From IMG/VR virus record IMGVR_UViG_3300005326_000706, positions 1-42,551 of that record: a stretch of DNA of 42,551 nucleotides; one strand, written 5' to 3'. Of this stretch, positions 35,599 to 42,551 are shown in pieces. How positions within the stretch are numbered: the stretch's first letter is position 1; the number at the start of each line of letters is the position of its first letter. The notes beneath the pieces are model-generated. The model had not been told where the DNA came from. It ran no database searches and saw only the letters and a program-made list of their open reading frames with translations. The position numbers were made by a program, and so were the translations under genes. Source of the stretch: a virus. Its lineage: Duplodnaviria; Caudoviricetes.

Positions 35599-38500
35599 AT
35601 GGCCTTGCCGTATCGAATCCTCCTTTCCGGCGTTGACGTGAGCGCAAAGGTTGCCTCGTTTTCAATCGAAGCAAGCCTTGAGTCGTACTGCCGCGAGGCC
35701 GAGGTGACGTTTGCCGATCCGTCCGTGCTGGCAGGGATCGATCTTTACATCCTGCCGGACGCTCCAGCGCTTTCCATTTTTACTCGAGCCGACCTCTCCG
35801 GAGCCTGGGTTCCCCAGGGGACGTTTTTTGTCGAGCGGCCCATTTACAAAGACGCAGCCAGCTCCAGCACGGCGGAGGGTGTTTGGGGCCGGAGCAAAAC
35901 GGCCCTCCTTGGTTCCCCATTCGCGGCAAAGGTGACCAAAACCTGGACTGGGCAAACCAGCTTTTTTGCGATCTGCCAGGAGATGTGCAATGCATCCGGC
36001 GTCTCCTGGGATTCGGCCTATAGCGAGATCCCTGATTTTGTAATTTACCCCTACAGCTACCAGTCCGAGGGGCTCTACCCTATAGCGGTTATTTCTGAGC
36101 TTGTTGAGCTCGCCTACGGTCCCTCCGGTCTGGTCACGACCGACGGGGGGGATCATCTGTGCATCCGCCTCCTGCGGTACGCCCCGCAGCCGGGGGAGGA
36201 GACGGCAACTTTTGAGGGTGCCATTATCGCTTCCCTTTCGCGGGAGCCGGAGTGGCCCGAATTCGGCAACCGCATCCGGGTATCGGCCTCGGCTGGAGTA
36301 GGAGGAATCGGGGTTGAGATCACCGTTTCTGACCGCTGCCTGGCCGCAACTCTCGGGCGGGCGAAGCTTTTGGCCAGGGTGACGGACGAAGACGGGGCGC
36401 CGATGGACGGGATTCCGGTCGCCTGGTCGACTGCAAACGGCTTCGTCGCCCTGGATTATCCGGCCACAAACACCCAGCAAATCACGACTCCGAACGAGAA
36501 GGTGAAGGCGCAGGACTACTACAGCATCTCCGTCACCCACACTCCGGCCTCGATTGTGGGCGTGTGGACCGAGCGCGACAAGGCGCACGCTGATAACCTA
36601 GCCGCGGACGGCTACACCCTCAACGGCAAAACGATCACCCTCACGCGCCGGCTTGCCCACTGCGATCAGTCCCTTGTCATCTCCTATATTGTGGGTGGCG
36701 TGGCCATAAACTATGCCACGGCGGGTGCCACAGCCGGGACAGAGACCGTAACCGCCGACGCCTACGGCAATACGGCGGCGGAATCCCTATACGTCGAAAA
36801 CCCCTGCCAATGCCCCCCCTCGATTACGCTCAAGGCCAATCCCTCGAGCATCAAAGTGGGAGAGTCAGCTCGGCTTATAACTTACGTCGAGGCCGGAGGA
36901 GCTCCGGTTACGGATGGTCGTCTCGCCTACAACACAATAGACACCAGCCCACACGGGCACCTGGCCTGGACAAGCAGGGGCCTTGGAACAATCGATGTCA
37001 CAAACGAAGAGACTTCGGCGGTAAACGAGATCGCCGGCATCACCCAGTGTGACCTTTCGATGCATGCGGCCTCTGTCGTTGGGATCTGGCAGTACGAGGA
37101 AGACGAAGAGGGCAACAAGACAAAGACGGGGGCCAATCTCTACTCCGATCATTCCGGGAAAACCGTGGATCTCTCGGAAGCCATTGCTACGGGGACTCCT
37201 CTTCTTGCCGAGTATGCCGCTCCCGGCGGCGCGGTAAATGTCTATATTGGCTACCTCAAAGGTACTGATCGAATCCGGGCGTTGGTGATGACGACGCGAG
37301 AGGAGCCGACCGAAGTAGTAGCCACGATCACCGTATCTGAGGAGGGGGACGATGGGGACCCCGAGGATTGCTGCAGCGACGGACTATGCAACACTGAGGA
37401 GAGCCCCTGCGACGCAGCCTCCGAGGCCTGCGAGGATGGAAAAATCTGGTGTAAATCGGGAGGCGCCTACGGTTGCAATGCCGTGGCCGATTGCGATGAC
37501 TGCGGCGTAGGCAGGGTCTGGTGCTTTAAGTCGGGCGTTGAGGGTTGCTGGGACAACTCAGAGTGTGATGCAGAAAAACCCACCGGTGGGGAGGGGAAAA
37601 TATATTGCCGCTCCAGGGGGAGAGACGGCTGCTATCAGCCGGTCGACTGCGACTCCTGCGGGGCGGGGGTCATGTGCTACAAGGATGGCGTCCTGGGTTG
37701 CTATGCCGAATCCGAATGCGATACCGGCACTGGTGGAGGTTTGCAGGAATGTCCCTCTGGTACGAAGTGTTGCGAGAACAAGGAGACTGGTAAGCGCGGA
37801 TGTTTTGAGTCCAGCCAGTGCAGCAGTGGAGATGGTGATGATGGCGACGACGGGGACGATTGGGACGAAGACACAGGGGCTGATTGCACCAAGGCCGATG
37901 GCAGCACTGTAAAATGTGCGCAAGAAGAAGCCTGCTGTGAAAAGGGCGGAGTGCGCAGCTGCTGGCCCTGGGGGCAGTGTGACACGGTTCCAGACGGCTG
38001 CTATACGACGGATTGTCAGCCCGACCCCAATTCGTGGTGCCTATCCAATCGATTCGATGAGGCGCTAAGGAAATACCAAGCCTCTGGCTGCTCATGTCTT
38101 GAGCTATGCCGCAAGGAATTCGACAAATATGGGACCACCCAGACATATGACGAGGCTTCATATAAAACTATTATAGATATTGTCGTAAATCGTTATGGCC
38201 TTACATTTGGGTCTCCTGAATTCTACGAGAAGTACGAAGAGCTTAAAGATAGGGCGATATGCAGGTGCTTGGTCGAATGTGATCCGTGTTGGGCGATGGA
38301 GTGTGAGGATTCGGACCCATTGGTATTAAGTGGCCCAGCTCCTGTAACATCCCCTGGTGGATACACATATTCTGCGTCTGGTGGACTTACGCCAGGGAAA
38401 TACCATTGGTCGGTTTCAGGGGCCGGGACTTCGTATGACCCGTATTATACCGGACCGAATCTATACGTCACATTGAACGGTGCATGTGGGGCGTTTAATG

Positions 38501-38802
38501 TTTCAGTCAGCGATTGGGGGGGGTGTGCAGCCACCTCACTAACGGTGCAAGTAATCAACGCCGGGCAGTGGATAGTAACCGGCATTGAAGGCTGCGATAA
38601 TACTATCTGCGATACTTGGGGAATTGCGGAATGCACCAGCGGAGATACTAGAACTACTTATTTCTGGACCTACGGAACGCATTGCCCCCAGTGCAGCCAC
38701 CTGGGATGTCCGTGTCCGGGTGGCCCATGTCCGGATCCCAGTGCCGTAATCGAGCCACGAAAGACGTTTCGAATCCAGCGTAAAAGATGGGAGTGTTTAT
38801 GA
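35599..38802 (+). CDS. Tail hub/tip protein with Ig-like domains and Cys-rich C-terminal region
   Basis: Hub-like N-terminus; Big-1-like 'ARVTDEDGAP..GIPVAWST'; dense Cys/Asp/Gly repeats from ~37360. Confidence 0.75.
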   Translation: MALPYRILLSGVDVSAKVASFSIEASLESYCREAEVTFADPSVLAGIDLYILPDAPALSIFTRADLSGAWVPQGTFFVERPIYKDAASSSTAEGVWGRSKTALLGSPFAAKVTKTWTGQTSFFAICQEMCNASGVSWDSAYSEIPDFVIYPYSYQSEGLYPIAVISELVELAYGPSGLVTTDGGDHLCIRLLRYAPQPGEETATFEGAIIASLSREPEWPEFGNRIRVSASAGVGGIGVEITVSDRCLAATLGRAKLLARVTDEDGAPMDGIPVAWSTANGFVALDYPATNTQQITTPNEKVKAQDYYSISVTHTPASIVGVWTERDKAHADNLAADGYTLNGKTITLTRRLAHCDQSLVISYIVGGVAINYATAGATAGTETVTADAYGNTAAESLYVENPCQCPPSITLKANPSSIKVGESARLITYVEAGGAPVTDGRLAYNTIDTSPHGHLAWTSRGLGTIDVTNEETSAVNEIAGITQCDLSMHAASVVGIWQYEEDEEGNKTKTGANLYSDHSGKTVDLSEAIATGTPLLAEYAAPGGAVNVYIGYLKGTDRIRALVMTTREEPTEVVATITVSEEGDDGDPEDCCSDGLCNTEESPCDAASEACEDGKIWCKSGGAYGCNAVADCDDCGVGRVWCFKSGVEGCWDNSECDAEKPTGGEGKIYCRSRGRDGCYQPVDCDSCGAGVMCYKDGVLGCYAESECDTGTGGGLQECPSGTKCCENKETGKRGCFESSQCSSGDGDDGDDGDDWDEDTGADCTKADGSTVKCAQEEACCEKGGVRSCWPWGQCDTVPDGCYTTDCQPDPNSWCLSNRFDEALRKYQASGCSCLELCRKEFDKYGTTQTYDEASYKTIIDIVVNRYGLTFGSPEFYEKYEELKDRAICRCLVECDPCWAMECEDSDPLVLSGPAPVTSPGGYTYSASGGLTPGKYHWSVSGAGTSYDPYYTGPNLYVTLNGACGAFNVSVSDWGGCAATSLTVQVINAGQWIVTGIEGCDNTICDTWGIAECTSGDTRTTYFWTYGTHCPQCSHLGCPCPGGPCPDPSAVIEPRKTFRIQRKRWECL

Positions 38803-39281
38803 CAGATCAGGACAGCAAACAGGCCAGGATCAATGAAATCCTCGTCATCCTGACCGCATTCCCAGCGGAGGAGATGCGGGCCGCGCTGAAACAGCACAAT
38901 TTGGCCAAACGAGAGGCGAGGGTCTTTAATGGGTGGCGTGTTTGGCCGGGACCCGATATGCCTGAGCCACCCACAGAGTGGCGGAAAATCGGGCTAATTA
39001 CCTACTACAGAGAGTCCCCACCGTCTCCAGCTCAGTCTTCCAAGCCTGCACCTGTTCGGCCCAGGGCACGAGTGGCTCCTCCCACTCCGGTAAAATCCGT
39101 CCGAGGAAAAACGGACACCTCGCTCCGGGAAAATCCTGGGGTAACGTGCCCTTTTTGTGGAGGCGAGACGTATCTTGAGCCGCTCTGTCCTGCTGGAAAG
39201 GAAGGTAGGGCCGGGATGTCCGGCCGCGTGCTGTGCGGTGATAACTCTGATCACGTTTTTTATCTTCAGGGGGCAAACTGA
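38799..39281 (+). CDS. Hypothetical protein with C-terminal zinc finger
   Basis: CPFC..LCP..C; ATGA overlap. Confidence 0.6.
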   Translation: MTDQDSKQARINEILVILTAFPAEEMRAALKQHNLAKREARVFNGWRVWPGPDMPEPPTEWRKIGLITYYRESPPSPAQSSKPAPVRPRARVAPPTPVKSVRGKTDTSLRENPGVTCPFCGGETYLEPLCPAGKEGRAGMSGRVLCGDNSDHVFYLQGAN

Positions 39282-39937
39282 TGGCTAAACCCAATCTCAC
39301 GTGGCTCTACAACGACGCCCTGAACGATGGCGCAAATACGGGCAATGCGTCGGGAGGAGCTGGGGAGAGTAGCTCTAACTGGGTCGTCCTCGATACCGTT
39401 AACGACAAGTTGATGTTTTTAGACGTCCAGCAGGTGGACGGAGACAACAGGGCTGGAGCGAGGTATCCGCTAATCATCCCCACCTCAGGGTCGATTGAGG
39501 CACCCAAAACCTTTATCGATGACTTGTCGGCTGGCGTTTTCAACCAGGTCCCGCTGGCAGGGACTACGGCCGGCGATCAGTCGGGCGGCGCAACCCGGTA
39601 TGTTTTCGCGATCTATTTCGACGGATCAACCGTTGGCGTGCCGTATCTCGAAGCGTGGAACACGAGCGCCCATGCGGCCGCTGACGATGATTTCCTCGGG
39701 GGCGGGACTCCGGCCAACTCGACGATCAGAGCTATCGCAACCACCAACGCGGCTCCCGGGAGCGCAACTTGGGCGGGGACTCCATTGAGTGGTACGGATA
39801 GCCGGATACAGCTGGATACCGGCGCGCTTAGCGGAGCTAAAAATCTTTATTTCAACATAAAGCAGATCATTTTGAGCAGCTTCGCGCCTCAATCCGATAG
39901 CGGGATCGTACTCACCTGCCGGTATCTGTACGCATAG
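39281..39937 (+). CDS. Virion structural protein candidate
   Basis: Gly/Ala/Thr-rich, beta-type, in the tail operon. Confidence 0.65.
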   Translation: MAKPNLTWLYNDALNDGANTGNASGGAGESSSNWVVLDTVNDKLMFLDVQQVDGDNRAGARYPLIIPTSGSIEAPKTFIDDLSAGVFNQVPLAGTTAGDQSGGATRYVFAIYFDGSTVGVPYLEAWNTSAHAAADDDFLGGGTPANSTIRAIATTNAAPGSATWAGTPLSGTDSRIQLDTGALSGAKNLYFNIKQIILSSFAPQSDSGIVLTCRYLYA

Positions 39938-40007
39938 CGCCAGCAATTCATCCTCGCTCAGAGCCGCAGGCGGGATCGTACTCACCTGCCGGTATCTGTA
40001 CGCATAG
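39900..40007 (+). repeat. Perfect 38-bp direct repeat, two copies, 32-bp spacer
   Basis: GCGGGATCGTACTCACCTGCCGGTATCTGTACGCATAG at 39900-39937 and 39970-40007. Confidence 0.95.
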
Positions 40008-40020
40008 GGACGCTCCGGTC

Positions 40021-40464
40021 ATGGCCATGCCAACACTCAATCATCTTCTTGCCTGGCGAATCAAAGTTTGTTTCGCCGATAGGCTCGGGACACGGGAATA
40101 CCTCTCTAACGATATCCGGCACTTCGACCCCGGATGGGGGGATGAGACATTCAATCGCGCCATAGAGCGTCTCGAATTTTATCTTCCAACGGGCCACAAA
40201 ATCCTTTTGGCTGGCATGGAGGAGTACAACTTTTTCGTTGAAGCAGCTCAATCCCTCTCGAATAAAGCCGGGCCAGCTATTGTTGCCTTCTGGCTCCTCG
40301 GAAAGCTTCCTGGACCCTCCGTTGTGGAATGCTGGCGTATCGGTGCCGGCCGGATAGTGCGTAGCCGTACGACCTACGGCAAAGAGTGGGGTGGCACCCC
40401 CTCTCGCGGCTGGAAATGCGGCGCAGTGGGGCCGTCTCCTATTTCAACGCTGGTTGAGGTGTAG
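40021..40464 (+). CDS. Hypothetical protein
   Basis: ORF in operon orientation. Confidence 0.65.
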   Translation: MAMPTLNHLLAWRIKVCFADRLGTREYLSNDIRHFDPGWGDETFNRAIERLEFYLPTGHKILLAGMEEYNFFVEAAQSLSNKAGPAIVAFWLLGKLPGPSVVECWRIGAGRIVRSRTTYGKEWGGTPSRGWKCGAVGPSPISTLVEV

Positions 40465-40467
40465 GGT

Positions 40468-41982
40468 ATGTTCCCTGATGGATGGAATAGGCGTTGCGCC
40501 ATAACGATTGATCACACCCAGGTCGCCGCGGCACTCTCATCGTTTACCCTCTACCTCAACCAGAGCAATCTCCCCTCGGAAATGTTCGACGCTGACGGCA
40601 GCTATCCGGCCAGGTCCGACGGAGGGGATATTCGATTCTCATCAGATGAAGCGGGCTCAGTTCTTCTCGCCCGCGAAATCGTCAATTTCGTGATCGATAA
40701 CGATCCGGCAAACGGCAGTGCGCAGATCCATGTGATGGTGTCAGCTCTGTCAGAGGTAGCGGATACCGTTATCTATGTCTGGTACGACAATCCTACGGCA
40801 ACGGAACCGTCTGCGAGCGATGCCGATGGCAAGTATGCCGCCTGGGCGGCAGAAGACAAACTTGTCTGGCACACCAATCAGTCTCCGGCCGGGGGGGCTG
40901 AATGCCTGCTGGACAGCACGGCAAACGCCCACCATGGCACTCCTAGCGGCATGGTGGCAGGCGATCTGGTAGATGGTCCACTGACCAAAGCCCTTAATTT
41001 CGATAACTCGAATAATTATGTGGCCGAACCAAGCCATGCGGATTTCGATTTCGGGTCGGCTCTCACGATACGCTTTTGGGAGTGGGCCTCTGCGAGCTCG
41101 GACGAAAGAGACGGGATACTTTGCGTGCTCAATGGGTCGCAGGTTCCGATCCATATCGGGATCGGAGGCAGCCAAACGAATTGGGCAACTGGTGGGAATA
41201 AGCTGTGCCTGGGTGTGAACTTCAACGGGTCGACCTGGGGCAGCCAGGCGATAGGGAGTAACAGTCTGAGTGGATCGTCTTGGAATCTGATCCATTTGGT
41301 TAAAAGCGGGGATTCCTGGATATGCTATTTGAATGGATCTCAGGAGATCTCGGCGACCTACAACTGGGACCCGGTCCAGGGTTCAATCATTTTTGGGGCC
41401 CACATCACTTCTGACAGATTCGTTTTGGGAAAACTGGCTGAACTCAGGGTTACCAAAGGCACGGCGAGATCTGCCGAGTGGGTCTTGACCGAATATCGCA
41501 ACCAGAGCAGCCCGTCGACGTTCGCTGCGGCTGGCGTGCCAGCCATCCCTTACCCGACTTTTACGGCTTTGGAAGATTCGTCGCTGGATTTGGCAGCGTA
41601 TTATCAATCTCTGGAAAATATCTGCTTTTCGCTTCGAGCACATGATGGGGTGGAATTCATCGATTTGTTGATGACGCTGCAGGCTCTTTTACCCAGTATC
41701 GGACTTGAGGATGTGGGACTTGGCTGCCAAGCCTATGGCCTGGACATCTTAGACATGTACTTGGCATTGCATACGGCGCGCCAGTCCTTGCATAGCCTTG
41801 GGGTGCATCTGGATGCGGCCTCGCCTATTGCCTTGTGTGATTTTGCTGCGTGGCTCAGCGCCACAGATGGCTCCGGAATACTGGATATGGCTTTGCATCT
41901 TACGGCGGTACGCGCAGCGTCATCACTCCGGTCGGTTATCGGGCAGCGCATCTCATCTATTGTGAGCGAGGTAGTGGCCTGA
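40468..41982 (+). CDS. DUF2341 plus LamG/concanavalin-like protein (receptor-binding/fibre candidate)
   Basis: 'W..R..ITID...DGGDIRF....L..EI......IYVWYDNP' DUF2341; 'WNLIHLV.SG....YLNG...G.LAELRV...ARSAEW...EY.NQ' LamG. Confidence 0.8.
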   Translation: MFPDGWNRRCAITIDHTQVAAALSSFTLYLNQSNLPSEMFDADGSYPARSDGGDIRFSSDEAGSVLLAREIVNFVIDNDPANGSAQIHVMVSALSEVADTVIYVWYDNPTATEPSASDADGKYAAWAAEDKLVWHTNQSPAGGAECLLDSTANAHHGTPSGMVAGDLVDGPLTKALNFDNSNNYVAEPSHADFDFGSALTIRFWEWASASSDERDGILCVLNGSQVPIHIGIGGSQTNWATGGNKLCLGVNFNGSTWGSQAIGSNSLSGSSWNLIHLVKSGDSWICYLNGSQEISATYNWDPVQGSIIFGAHITSDRFVLGKLAELRVTKGTARSAEWVLTEYRNQSSPSTFAAAGVPAIPYPTFTALEDSSLDLAAYYQSLENICFSLRAHDGVEFIDLLMTLQALLPSIGLEDVGLGCQAYGLDILDMYLALHTARQSLHSLGVHLDAASPIALCDFAAWLSATDGSGILDMALHLTAVRAASSLRSVIGQRISSIVSEVVA

Positions 41983-42551
41983 TGCTGATCGTTGCGTGGA
42001 ATATCAATCCTAATCGCATCTGGTTCGCCAGCCTGGCAGATACAGGGACCGGCATTGCAGTCAGTCTTTATCTCACCCAGGCCGACGCAGAGTCCCAAGC
42101 CAACAGGCAGGCCTACGGCGAATCCTCCGGCTATAGCGGTGCGGTTACGCTTATGAGCGATGTCGGAGCGACAGTGCCAGTCTCGCTCTACCAAAATCCA
42201 CCATCCTGGCACCTCCAGGTGTCAGGAGCAGCTCAAGATCCGGCAGTGATTTACCGGATAAAAGAATTCGTCGATCTGGACGATATCGAGCACGCTATCT
42301 ACCGTAATGCTGGCCTGATTCCCGTACGGGCACAGGCGGAAATAGATGCCCACGCACACGTGAAGGTCGCGTTCAGTGCCGAGTCTGGAAGCCACCACCC
42401 CACGCTCCGTGCGGGCGATATCGCCAGAATGGCGGCCCAGAGCCGCGGTGTGGATACGATAGCTCAAATAGTGAGCCACAAGATCGAGGGAACCCCCGAC
42501 TCCCTTTCGGATACGGTCACCCTCGCCTCTTTCAGGCCGCTCAGACGATAG
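41982..42551 (+). CDS. Hypothetical tail-region protein
   Basis: GAGG RBS; TGATG overlap; ends at the window edge. Confidence 0.6.
   Translation: MLIVAWNINPNRIWFASLADTGTGIAVSLYLTQADAESQANRQAYGESSGYSGAVTLMSDVGATVPVSLYQNPPSWHLQVSGAAQDPAVIYRIKEFVDLDDIEHAIYRNAGLIPVRAQAEIDAHAHVKVAFSAESGSHHPTLRAGDIARMAAQSRGVDTIAQIVSHKIEGTPDSLSDTVTLASFRPLRR

Larger units (their letters stand above)
1844..42551. mobile_element. Mu-like transposable prophage with siphovirus-type tail (ends not located; may include 1-1843 and extend past the window)
   Basis: Gene order repressor / Ner-like / DDE transposase / AAA ATPase / gp16 / Gam / lysin / terminase / portal / gpF / capsid / tail tube / tape measure; no sheath gene seen. 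Confidence 0.95.

Noticed and set aside
39900-40007. CRISPR array
   Set aside because: Only two copies, the repeat is the coding 3' end of a gene, and there is no leader or cas gene
35599-42551. Diversity-generating retroelement or Gin-type invertible tail segment
   Set aside because: No reverse transcriptase, no adenine-mismatched TR/VR pair and no serine invertase seen in the window

Overview
The window is almost entirely a Mu-like transposable (pro)phage with a non-contractile (siphovirus-type) tail. From left to right it carries accessory secreted/membrane genes, a divergent repressor/early switch, MuA-like DDE transposase, MuB-like ATPase, an early operon with GemA/gp16 and Gam, an M15 endolysin, terminase, portal, a fused ChaB-protease-scaffold-capsid gene, neck, tail tube, HU, tail chaperone, tape measure and tail-tip/fibre genes. 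The most unusual feature lies between the early operon and the lysis gene (about 14.1-17.0 kb): an integron-type cassette array with three well-formed attC sites, one degenerate attC, an attI-like entry site and complementary core/inverse-core boxes. No integron integrase is present in the window. Two of the cassettes are self-contained two-gene modules (own sigma70 promoter, palindromic operator in the spacer, unknown gene, ribbon-helix-helix gene). The phage ends and the host could not be identified. All product calls come from motif recognition by eye, with no database searches.
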